Below the pieces are notes generated by a model that did no database searches, was not told the origin of the DNA, and saw only the letters and a list, made by a program, of their open reading frames with translations. A program made the translations under genes and the position numbers. From contig CBDCNV010000001.1 in assembly GCA_965219535.1 (NCBI GenBank), forward strand, positions 2,007,230 through 2,071,229: a stretch of DNA of 64,000 bases, read 5' to 3'. Of the stretch, positions 10,463 to 19,909 are shown in pieces. Every line of letters begins with the position of its first letter. Position 1 is the stretch's first letter. Source of the DNA: Opitutales bacterium. Its GTDB lineage: Bacteria > Verrucomicrobiota > Verrucomicrobiia > Opitutales > PNEW01.

Positions 10463-13138
10463 ATGAAGTCAGGAGATATCAGGCAATCGTTCCTTGATTT
10501 TTTTAAAAGTAAAAGTCACGCCATCATCCCATCTGCTTCGTTAGTGCCCACGGCACCCAACCTGCTATTCACTAATGCAGGAATGAATGCATTTGTACCC
10601 TACTTTCTGGGGGAACAGAAATCGCCCCACAAACGTATCGCCGATACCCAAAAGTGCATACGCGCAGGTGGAAAACACAACGACCTGGATGAGGTTGGTT
10701 TTGATACCTATCATCACACATTTTTTGAAATGTTGGGAAACTGGTCCTTTAATGATTATTTTAAAAAGGAAGCTATCGATTGGGCGTGGGAATTACTTAC
10801 AAAAGAGTGGAATTTGCCTAAAGAACGGCTATATGTAACCGTCTATAAACCCGGAAAAAACGACCCCGCAGAATTTGATCAGGACGCCTACGATTATTGG
10901 ACGGAGATATTTTCCGCTGAAGGCATGGATCCCGCTATCCATATCTGCCCGGGGGGTAAAGATGAAAATTTCTGGATGATGGGCGATACTGGCCCCTGTG
11001 GCCCATCGAGTGAAATCCATATCGATCTTACTTTAAAGGGGGACACGCAAGGGAAGCTTGTGAATGCCGATAGTCCAGCTTGTTTTGAACTATGGAATCT
11101 GGTTTTTATTCAATTTAACGCGGAAGCCAACGGTAACTACACTCCGCTTTCCTCCCGACATGTTGATACCGGGTTGGGTTTCGAACGCATCGCCGGTATA
11201 TTCGCATCGACAAAAAACTTTAGTGATTTTTCCCGACCCGCCTCAAATTATGACAGCGACTTATTCACGGATATTTTCAGCCAATTGACACAATTAACCG
11301 GACATCAATACCAGGCGACAATCCCTGAAGATAGAAATAATATGTCAGATATAGAAAAACGAGATTGTGCATTTCGTGTCATTAGTGACCATATTCGCAC
11401 GCTCACTTTCTCAATCGCTGACGGTATTATTCCGGGAAATGAGGGCCGCAACTATGTTCTCAGACGAATTTTAAGACGGGCAGTTTTATTTGCGAAGCGG
11501 ATCGAATTGCCGCATGGCTCATTTGTAAAGCTCGTCGACCCCTTAATTGATAAACTTAAAGATATTTTTCCTGAGCTTTTGGAGCAAAGGGATATAATCT
11601 TAAAATGCATTAGTACTGAAGAGGATACCTTTGAAAGAACTCTCGACCGTGGTTTGCAGCACTTTGAAAAGCTGACTGCTGATGAGAAAAAAACGATCTC
11701 GGGGGAAGAGGCCTTTAAGCTATTTGATACTTATGGATTCCCTATTGATTTAACGCAAATAATCGCGGGTGAGCGTAACATAGAAATAGATCTAGCTGGC
11801 TTTAATAGAGAAATGGATAAACAACGTGAACGGGCACGGGCCGCCCAGAAAAAGACATCCATTTCAGTAAAAGAAGATCGAGATTTTCAAGTGGAAGAAA
11901 CAATTTTTGTGGGATATGAAATTGAGAATCTCAATAATTATCCTGCTCTAATCAAAGACGTTATTCAGGAGGGTAATGATAGTTTTATTATCTTTGATAA
12001 AACACCATTTTACGCAGAGATGGGTGGTCAGTTAGGGGATTCTGGATTTGCTTTAGTAAATGACATCCGCATTCCCCTCTTGGATACGGTAAAGAATGAG
12101 TCGGATTACTATCTGCATAAAACGAATTTTCAAGGAGTTGATAAATTTTTAGGAGAGTCCGTATTACTCTCCGTGGATACAGCCAGGAGAAAGTCCATTC
12201 AACGCAACCATACGGCTACGCATTTACTGCACTGGGCATTGCGCAATATATTAGGAACACATGTCCATCAGGCTGGGTCACTTGTCGCTGATGATTATCT
12301 ACGCTTTGATTTCAACCACATTGAACAGACAAACAAAGATGAACTGAAGTCGATCGAGTCTAGTGTAAACAGCCGTATTCTAGAGAACGATGGAGTTTCC
12401 GCCTATGAAATTCCCTTTTCGAAAAAACCAAGTGATGTTCTCGCCTTTTTTGGTGATAAATATGGCCCTATTGTCCGTATTGTTGATATCGGTGGATACT
12501 CTAAAGAACTTTGCGCAGGAACCCATGTTCAGCAGACAGGTGAAATCGGGCTCCTGAAAATCATAAGTGAGTCCGCAATCGCATCGGGAACACGCCGTAT
12601 TGAAGCAGTCGTAGGAACAAGCGCTTATGATCTTATGACCCGGGATTATAATCTATTACACGATCTGGCGCAAAAATTATCCTGTAGCCCCAACGAACTA
12701 AAACAGAGATTCGAATCGCTTATCGAACAACGCAATGATCTTCAAAAACAAGTTCGCAGCCACCAGCAGCATGACACTGCACATTTAGCTGACAATTTGG
12801 CGGGAAAAGCAAAAAAGGTGTCTGGTTTAAGCTGGGTGATCGAAAAGATAGACGTGAATAACCCCGGGGAAATGCGCACCCTTGCGGTCAGCGTTTCAGA
12901 ACAACTCGGCGCATCGGTCGTTGTTCTTGGAAGCATTATTAAGAAGAAAGTTACCATCCTCGTATTGTGTTCTGAAGAGGCCGTTAAGTTCGGTCAGCAT
13001 GCGGGCACAATGGTAAGCGAATTATCCGAAAAATTGGACGGAAAAGGAGGAGGGAAACCCGACTTTGCCATGGGCGGGGGTAAAAACACCGACCAATTAG
13101 AGACCATTCTCAATGAATTCCGTAGAGCAAACAGTTAA
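10463..13138 (+). CDS. alaS: alanine--tRNA ligase
   Basis: It is 891 aa with a class II core (FTNAGMN, KCIRAGGKHNDL), the editing-domain HxxxH motif (HTATHLLH), and a C-terminal DHHA1-like domain. Confidence 0.97.
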   Translation: MKSGDIRQSFLDFFKSKSHAIIPSASLVPTAPNLLFTNAGMNAFVPYFLGEQKSPHKRIADTQKCIRAGGKHNDLDEVGFDTYHHTFFEMLGNWSFNDYFKKEAIDWAWELLTKEWNLPKERLYVTVYKPGKNDPAEFDQDAYDYWTEIFSAEGMDPAIHICPGGKDENFWMMGDTGPCGPSSEIHIDLTLKGDTQGKLVNADSPACFELWNLVFIQFNAEANGNYTPLSSRHVDTGLGFERIAGIFASTKNFSDFSRPASNYDSDLFTDIFSQLTQLTGHQYQATIPEDRNNMSDIEKRDCAFRVISDHIRTLTFSIADGIIPGNEGRNYVLRRILRRAVLFAKRIELPHGSFVKLVDPLIDKLKDIFPELLEQRDIILKCISTEEDTFERTLDRGLQHFEKLTADEKKTISGEEAFKLFDTYGFPIDLTQIIAGERNIEIDLAGFNREMDKQRERARAAQKKTSISVKEDRDFQVEETIFVGYEIENLNNYPALIKDVIQEGNDSFIIFDKTPFYAEMGGQLGDSGFALVNDIRIPLLDTVKNESDYYLHKTNFQGVDKFLGESVLLSVDTARRKSIQRNHTATHLLHWALRNILGTHVHQAGSLVADDYLRFDFNHIEQTNKDELKSIESSVNSRILENDGVSAYEIPFSKKPSDVLAFFGDKYGPIVRIVDIGGYSKELCAGTHVQQTGEIGLLKIISESAIASGTRRIEAVVGTSAYDLMTRDYNLLHDLAQKLSCSPNELKQRFESLIEQRNDLQKQVRSHQQHDTAHLADNLAGKAKKVSGLSWVIEKIDVNNPGEMRTLAVSVSEQLGASVVVLGSIIKKKVTILVLCSEEAVKFGQHAGTMVSELSEKLDGKGGGKPDFAMGGGKNTDQLETILNEFRRANS

Positions 13139-13278
13139 TTAATGGCAATAAGACAAGGGGACCAACTGACCTCTTAGTTAATCGAAAATACTGTTTTCTC
13201 AATGGAGAGTTTATCTGAATTCGGTCCCATCCCCTTACTATTGGAACCGTGTTTCGATTACAGATTTAAACAGTTCAA

Positions 13279-14547
13279 TCAGCGAATCATTCCCGCCGCG
13301 ACAGTCTCGTTCGTGAACTCATCGATGAGAACTACACTTCCCATGATGCGATTTCGACGATAGCTATCAAATAGCAGCGGACTCGAAGTTCGAAGTATAA
13401 CACGACCTATATCGTTAAGCCCGATGTCAAAGTCACCTTCTTTTTTATGTAATGTATTAATATTTATTTTATACCTGATCTCTTTAACCAAAGCTTTCAC
13501 TTCCTTTGTCGTGTGTCTGAGGATATATTTACCCTTGGGCTGTAATTTTGTTTTTTCCGAAAACCAGCAAAGCATAAGATCAATATCTTGCCCAATCTGC
13601 GGTTTATTATTTGGTTTTGATATTAGATCCCCACGGCTGATGTCCAATTCGTTTTCCAGAGTAAGGGATACGGATAATGGATAGAATGCTTCTTCCAATT
13701 CTCCGTCAATTGAGTGAATGCCTTTTATTCGAGAACTGAAACCTGACGGCATCACAACTATTTCATCTCCCGGTTTAAATACGCCACCGGCAATGCGTCC
13801 CGCATACCCGCGAAAATCATGATACTCCTGCGAATGTGGGCGTATCACCCATTGGACCGGAAGTCGTGGATCAACCTGATTAGCATCCGGTCCGATGTAG
13901 ACATTTTCTAAATGATAAAGAAATGTGGGACCATTGTACCAAGGCATTTGTTCAGATTTATCGACTATATTATCTCCGTGTAATGCACTGATGGGCATAA
14001 AAGTCATGTCCGAGACATCCATCCGTGAGGCAAAATTCGTGAAGTCATCCATTATCGCGTGAAAGACAGATTCACTGTAATCGACAAGGTCCATTTTATT
14101 TATGCAAATGACTAAATGCTGGATGCGTAACAGGGACGCGATAAAAGCATGTCTACACGTTTGTTCTACTACCCCATTGCGGGCATCAATTAATATTACC
14201 GCAAGGTTCGCGGTCGAAGCTCCGGTCACCATATTTCTCGTGTACTGAATATGACCAGGAGTATCGGCGATGATAAATTTTCGTCTCGGTGTGGCAAAGT
14301 AACGATAAGCGACATCGATTGTAATACCTTGCTCACGCTCTGCACGCAGACCGTCGGTAAGCAGTGCAAGATTAATGTAATCATCACCTCGCTGTTTGCT
14401 AGACTTTTCAATCTCTTGTAACTGATCTTCAAAAATCGTCTTTGAATCATGCAGCATTCTCCCAATGAGAGTGCTTTTTCCATCATCTACACTGCCTGCG
14501 GTAGTAAATCGCAATAGATCCATTTCGCGGTATGAATTATGGTCCAT
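13279..14547 (-). CDS. cysN: sulfate adenylyltransferase subunit 1 (GTPase), no APS-kinase fusion
   Basis: It has G-domain motifs GSVDDGKST, DTPGH and NKMD. It lies immediately downstream of cysD. Confidence 0.93.
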   Translation of the reverse strand: MDHNSYREMDLLRFTTAGSVDDGKSTLIGRMLHDSKTIFEDQLQEIEKSSKQRGDDYINLALLTDGLRAEREQGITIDVAYRYFATPRRKFIIADTPGHIQYTRNMVTGASTANLAVILIDARNGVVEQTCRHAFIASLLRIQHLVICINKMDLVDYSESVFHAIMDDFTNFASRMDVSDMTFMPISALHGDNIVDKSEQMPWYNGPTFLYHLENVYIGPDANQVDPRLPVQWVIRPHSQEYHDFRGYAGRIAGGVFKPGDEIVVMPSGFSSRIKGIHSIDGELEEAFYPLSVSLTLENELDISRGDLISKPNNKPQIGQDIDLMLCWFSEKTKLQPKGKYILRHTTKEVKALVKEIRYKININTLHKKEGDFDIGLNDIGRVILRTSSPLLFDSYRRNRIMGSVVLIDEFTNETVAAGMIR

Positions 14548-14587
14548 AATTATATTAAAGTTAGAGCATCACAGCGATTCGTGAATA

Positions 14588-15496
14588 TTAAAAATAGCCT
14601 TCGCGTTTACGATCTTCCATCGCTGTATCTGAGCGTTTATCATCGGCGCGCGTCCCGCGCTCAGTGACCCGCACTGCTGCTATTTCACGGATGATCGCAT
14701 CTACTTCGCTCGCCTCAGATTCTATAGCGCCCGTGCAAGTGGCATCACCCACGGTTCGAAAGCGAACGCGTTTCCACTCAGGTTTTTCTTCAGCTTGTAA
14801 TGAAATATATTCAGTCACTGCCAGCAGGACCCCATTACGTTGAACAACTTCCCGTTCATGGGAAAAATAGATACTGGGCAAATTCAATTCTTCTTTCTCG
14901 ATATATTGCCAGACATCCATTTCCGTCCAATTGCTGAGCGGAAAAACCCGAAAGTGTTCTCCTGCTTTTTTCCGACCATTGAATATATTCCAAAGTTCGG
15001 GTCTTTGATTTTTAGGATCCCACTGCCCGAATTCATCACGGTGTGAAAATATTCGTTCTTTCGCACGGGCTTTTTCTTCATCGCGACGAGCGCCCCCAAT
15101 GGCAGCATCAAACTTGTATTTTTCGATTGTGTCGAGAAGGGTTATGGTCTGTAAAACATTGCGACTTGCATTGTGGCCCTTCTCTTCAACTACACGGCCA
15201 TTATCGATTGATGCCTGCACACTGCCGACAATCAGACGAGCATCCAACTCTTCAATCATCTGGTCTCTAAATTCTATCGTCTCTGGAAAATTATGCCCGG
15301 TGTCGATATGCAGCAAAGGAAATGGCAACTTCGCTGGCCAAAACGCTTTTTGCGCTAGTCGTGTAATGACGATGGAGTCCTTTCCACCGGAAAACAATAA
15401 CACAGAATTCTGAAACTGAGCTGCTATCTCTCTAAAGATATAAATAGCTTCAGATTCGAGGTGCTTAAGGTGGTTTACGGAATAAGACTGATGCAT
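14588..15496 (-). CDS. cysD: sulfate adenylyltransferase subunit 2
   Basis: It has the PAPS-reductase-fold PP-loop (LLFSGGKDS) and a typical CysD C-terminus ending in REGYF. Confidence 0.95.
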   Translation of the reverse strand: MHQSYSVNHLKHLESEAIYIFREIAAQFQNSVLLFSGGKDSIVITRLAQKAFWPAKLPFPLLHIDTGHNFPETIEFRDQMIEELDARLIVGSVQASIDNGRVVEEKGHNASRNVLQTITLLDTIEKYKFDAAIGGARRDEEKARAKERIFSHRDEFGQWDPKNQRPELWNIFNGRKKAGEHFRVFPLSNWTEMDVWQYIEKEELNLPSIYFSHEREVVQRNGVLLAVTEYISLQAEEKPEWKRVRFRTVGDATCTGAIESEASEVDAIIREIAAVRVTERGTRADDKRSDTAMEDRKREGYF

Positions 15497-15565
15497 GTGC
15501 AGGTTAAATTGAATAGATTAAAACTGTAGTATTATTATCCAAGCCAGTATATTGATATAAATCTA

Positions 15566-16174
15566 TTATTTGAAAAGGATATGAGGTATGATCCGAGTGT
15601 AGAGTGTTTCGACACACTCCTCGAGACTGCATTCTGAAGTATCGATCGTCAGATCAGTTTTAATCGGTTCTTCGAACACTGAATCTTTGCCCGTGAATTC
15701 CTTTATCTGGCCAGATTCAGCCTTCGCGTAGAGTCCTTTTACATCCCTTGCCGCGCATATATCAAAGGGACACTTAACATAGACTTCCGAAAAATTATCC
15801 ACTCCAATAATCTTTTTGGCCATATCGCGAAATTTAATCCTTGGGGTAATAAATGCGGTAAGCGTTACGATTCCGGCATTGAGAAATAACTTTGCCACTT
15901 CTGCAATACGCCGAATATTTTCTTCTCGGTCCTCATCAGAAAACGACAGATTACTGTTAAGCCCTGAACGAATGTTATCCCCATCGAGAATTTGCGTTAA
16001 ATAACCTTCAGCTTTAAGTCGTTTTTCCAAAGCTAGGGCCAGCGTGCTTTTACCAGATCCAGACAACCCGTACAACCAGATGATGTGGCCGTGTTGTTTG
16101 AGAAGATTTTCCTTTTCTACTTTACCCAGCTTGGAATCAAATTTCGGATATATATTCTCCGGTTTACCAGTCAT
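15566..16174 (-). CDS. cysC: adenylylsulfate (APS) kinase
   Basis: It has the P-loop GLSGSGKSTLA and the LDGDNIR motif. The length is 202 aa. Confidence 0.93.
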   Translation of the reverse strand: MTGKPENIYPKFDSKLGKVEKENLLKQHGHIIWLYGLSGSGKSTLALALEKRLKAEGYLTQILDGDNIRSGLNSNLSFSDEDREENIRRIAEVAKLFLNAGIVTLTAFITPRIKFRDMAKKIIGVDNFSEVYVKCPFDICAARDVKGLYAKAESGQIKEFTGKDSVFEEPIKTDLTIDTSECSLEECVETLYTRIIPHILFK

Positions 16175-16377
16175 TATATATTAAAGAATAAGTTAGAGTT
16201 TAGCCCGCTGGGGAAAATTACTATTCATACCTTCACTTGATGTAAAAGCTAAATGTAAAATATCTCTTCCTGAATAAATATAAAATTAGGACAATCAATT
16301 AATTCTAATTATCATTAGTCTCTTACGAACAAGAGACACGATCAGCTATTTTACCACTAATGCCAATCGCAAGATTT

Positions 16378-17097
16378 TTAAATCTGATAATCCACTAGAT
16401 TAGTCGATTCATGAAGCCCACACTCCCGCTTCATCCCATTAAATCTTGTCGCCTCAGCAGTTATACCCTCTTTGAGTTTTTGGGTGCTATGCCAATCACC
16501 TAAAGAAACATAACCTTCTTTTCGAAGCGGATGATAGGGTAAATCGTGTTTTAACATATAATGATCAATATCTTCATCTATGAAATCAATGATCGGATAA
16601 ATTTTATACATGTTGTTTTGCTTCGTAACGACTTTTAGCAATTTTCGTGTGCTCGCTTGATCACGCCTCAACCCAGCCATCCACGCTTTAGCCTTTAAGT
16701 CGAGAAGCGCTCGATTCATCGGTTCAACTTTACGCGTGAAATTATATTCCTTTAACTTTTTCTCACCCTGTTCCCATAACTTGCCCTCTAGTGATTCTTG
16801 TTCTGCGGCACTCATCAGGGGCTGATATTTCTTTATGTTAAGTTTAAAGCGCTCGGTCAGCTCTCTGGCATAGCGATAAGTTTCATCAAAGAGATAGCCA
16901 GTATCGATGAAGACAACACGAATATGAGGATTTACTTGAGTCGCCATGTGCAACATTACGGCTGATTGAATGCCAAAGCTTGTACTCAGAACCAGATTAT
17001 CTCCAAATTTACGATTGGCCCATTCAATTCTCTCAATTACGCTAAGTGACTCTATTTCTATCACTTGCAATTCTACTTGTTCGACTATACTCTCCAT
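16378..17097 (-). CDS. cysH: phosphoadenosine phosphosulfate (PAPS) reductase
   Basis: The C-terminus carries the ECGLH motif. The CC...CxxC Fe-S cysteines of APS reductases are absent, which is consistent with a PAPS-type enzyme and with the presence of cysC. Confidence 0.88.
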   Translation of the reverse strand: MESIVEQVELQVIEIESLSVIERIEWANRKFGDNLVLSTSFGIQSAVMLHMATQVNPHIRVVFIDTGYLFDETYRYARELTERFKLNIKKYQPLMSAAEQESLEGKLWEQGEKKLKEYNFTRKVEPMNRALLDLKAKAWMAGLRRDQASTRKLLKVVTKQNNMYKIYPIIDFIDEDIDHYMLKHDLPYHPLRKEGYVSLGDWHSTQKLKEGITAEATRFNGMKRECGLHESTNLVDYQI

Positions 17098-17244
17098 GAA
17101 AATTTTTTAAATACTTAATTTACTTATGTTTACTATATTAGGTAATACACTAATGATAAGTTGTCAATAGCTAGTTATTCTAAAATTATGGGTTAGGAGC
17201 GATAAAGGATAACTGGCGAGTGCGCCGATCCAGAAAACTGGTGA

Positions 17245-18360
17245 TCAAGAACCGGGGTGGATAAAACTCCAATCGAGCGGGACCTTGATCTTACGCCCTT
17301 CTTTATTACTCACTGAAACTTCATTCGGGCTTTCACCTGCAGCAATATCAGTAACCATACCAAAATTTGTCGGTACCTGGTGTACTGCTTGTATAAGTCT
17401 GATTGAAGTTGAGCGAGCGCGAGAGAAATACCGGGTTGTCGCTATTCCACGATTATGGAGGGGTTTTTTCCGTGATTCGGATAGTGAGTCAAAATAAGTA
17501 TTCACTTCTTCAAGACCGACCCGATTGCGATGTCGTCCACCCCATGGCTCCTGATGTCTGCCACCATTGGTGAACCAAAAAATTGTGCTGGGCAAAGTTT
17601 CTGTATTTTTCAGGGAGAACCAGACATAACCGTCAAGTGTTGCCGCCGTCCAAGCAAATCTATTTTTACTACTTGAGACCATAGCGAGGTCTTCATACCC
17701 GGCGCGCGCCGGGTATTCATGCAAAGAAGTAAAACCTCCGTTAGCCAAAGCCACTTTATCAAGTGATTTAAACTTGGCTCCAACTTTTAAGGCGCTGTAT
17801 TCACCTATTGCTGGATTGCTGAAAGGTACGGGACAGACTTCACCGTGCAGAAATCGACTCACATTAATATGATAGGGGCCGCCTTTTTCAGGAAAATGAA
17901 GTATGGCGTGATGACCATAGTTAAAGTGCCCTTGCACGCCTTCAATTATGTGTTCCTGGTACAAAGCGCGATGATCCGGATTTAATGAAATTATTTTTGT
18001 TATCTTTCCCTTCACGCATTTAAGGGATAGCTGCAACTCGATGCTGTAAACATTGCTCTTAATATATTTCCATTTCAAATTAGGGGCATCCCCGTGAACA
18101 TGGGGTATTCCCTTGTTTACCCCAAAGGGGAAACAGAAGAAATCACCACGTAATATTCTTTCAATCGGTGAAACCTGGGATGATATTTCATGGGCTTCCC
18201 AAGGTGGCAGCGAAAAAGGTGAGACCCAGCGGTGCTTTAATTTGAAATTAACAGGAGCAAGATGACCACCTATCTCACTGAGATAAAATTCAACTCTTTC
18301 ACTGCTAACCCAGAAACTAGTCGCCCCATGAATTTTTATTTTTAAATCACGCGTGCGCAT
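17245..18360 (-). CDS. hypothetical protein (soluble, His/Trp-rich; fold not recognised)
   Basis: It is a 371-aa ORF with no signal peptide and no motif I can name. A 147-bp gap separates it from cysH. Confidence 0.65.
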   Translation of the reverse strand: MRTRDLKIKIHGATSFWVSSERVEFYLSEIGGHLAPVNFKLKHRWVSPFSLPPWEAHEISSQVSPIERILRGDFFCFPFGVNKGIPHVHGDAPNLKWKYIKSNVYSIELQLSLKCVKGKITKIISLNPDHRALYQEHIIEGVQGHFNYGHHAILHFPEKGGPYHINVSRFLHGEVCPVPFSNPAIGEYSALKVGAKFKSLDKVALANGGFTSLHEYPARAGYEDLAMVSSSKNRFAWTAATLDGYVWFSLKNTETLPSTIFWFTNGGRHQEPWGGRHRNRVGLEEVNTYFDSLSESRKKPLHNRGIATTRYFSRARSTSIRLIQAVHQVPTNFGMVTDIAAGESPNEVSVSNKEGRKIKVPLDWSFIHPGS

Positions 18361-18767
18361 TTCTAGATCTTAAAGATTACTATTATTATTCGACTTGCGG
18401 ATCGATCAGACTAATCGCATGATTGAAGATAAAAGAAATCCCTGGAATTGCATACAATTTTACGGACCAATCTGCAGATTCCCATTCTCATAATTTTTAC
18501 TATTCACTTTTTCATAGCAAGTTTTAAAAAAGTGCTTTAACGGCAAACTATCTCTTAACCTAAATGAGCAAATAAGAATCAAGAGATACCTTGATAATTA
18601 GAATTTATACTATTTTATAAACCGGTGAAGCGTTTCTTCTCGACCCTAAACCCTTATTTATTTTAAAAAAGTGAAATATCCTGCATCTGGATTAAAAGTT
18701 CGTGAATACCCTGCTCAACTTACATTTAATCTCAAGTCATCTAGATTACAAATTTACACTATAAAGA

Positions 18768-19877
18768 ATGGAAATTGAATCACATCCATTTTTTGAAAAA
18801 ATTTCAAGTGACCAGCGCCAGGAATTGATACGTCATGCAATAATTGAAGAGTATACCCCTGACACTCTTATTTTTGAAGAGGGAAGTCGTTCTGACGGCA
18901 TGTATTTAGTCCTCGAAGGGACGGTTGCGTTTTCTAAAAAAACTCCCGAGAATACATTCAGAACCGTTAGTTACTCTGCCATGGGTGATTTTTTTGGGGA
19001 AATCGGATTATTCACCGGAAAAACACGTTCATCACAAGCTGAATCGAGAGGTAAAGTGATACTCGCAAAAATTCCAAGTGAATACCTGCTTAGCTTTTTT
19101 AAAAGCACCCAGGGGCCCATTGACAATATCCTCCAGAGTATTATCAGCCATCTTCACGACACTACCCAACACTATATAGATGATTTAGTAGCACAGGAAA
19201 AGCTAGCTGTCGTTGGCAATATGATTAATACAATCATACACGATTTTAAAAATCCCTTTTGTTTAATCAGCCTCGGTGCTCAACTCATCATGCAATCACA
19301 CGCAGATGAGAAGACACAAAAGCTTTGTAATAACATTGAGGAGCAGGTACAGCGAATGGTTGATATGGCTGAAGAATTAGCTCAATTCTCCAGGGGTCAG
19401 CATGAATTGAAACCAGAAAAGGTTAACGTGAATAATCTGCTCGAGCGATTTAAAGCATTAAATTTCCCTTTCTTTCAAGATGATCTCATTAAAATTGAAA
19501 TCGACGTTCCCGATATTGTAATAGAAGGTGAGGAAAATAAGCTCCTGCGTGTCATACAAAATCTTGTGGGCAATGCGATTGATGCCTTTGAAGAGAATCC
19601 AGGGGAAATAAGTATTACCGGTAAGGTAGAAGGTGAGGAGTTAAAATTAGAAATAAAAGACAATGGCTCCGGAATTCCGGAAACGATACGAGAACATTTT
19701 TTCGAACCCTTTATTACTTATGGGAAAAGCCGTGGCACCGGATTAGGCAGTGCCATAGCGAAATCAATCGTTGAAGCGCATAATGGGAAAATAAGATTTG
19801 AAACTAAAACAGGTAAAGGGACTACTTTTTATATTAGTCTGCCCATAAAACAACAAGCAGTCGCCAATGTTGCTTGA
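18768..19877 (+). CDS. cyclic-nucleotide-binding domain sensor histidine kinase (soluble)
   Basis: The N-terminal cNMP-binding fold (FFGEIGLFTGKTRSS) is followed by the H-box IIHDFKNPF. The HATPase N, G1 and G2 boxes follow (NLVGNAIDA, DNGSGIP, GTGLGSAI). No TM segment is present. Confidence 0.85.
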   Translation: MEIESHPFFEKISSDQRQELIRHAIIEEYTPDTLIFEEGSRSDGMYLVLEGTVAFSKKTPENTFRTVSYSAMGDFFGEIGLFTGKTRSSQAESRGKVILAKIPSEYLLSFFKSTQGPIDNILQSIISHLHDTTQHYIDDLVAQEKLAVVGNMINTIIHDFKNPFCLISLGAQLIMQSHADEKTQKLCNNIEEQVQRMVDMAEELAQFSRGQHELKPEKVNVNNLLERFKALNFPFFQDDLIKIEIDVPDIVIEGEENKLLRVIQNLVGNAIDAFEENPGEISITGKVEGEELKLEIKDNGSGIPETIREHFFEPFITYGKSRGTGLGSAIAKSIVEAHNGKIRFETKTGKGTTFYISLPIKQQAVANVA

Positions 19878-19909
19878 TTTTTTACGCTGAATGAAGCTTT
19901 CCTGTTAAA

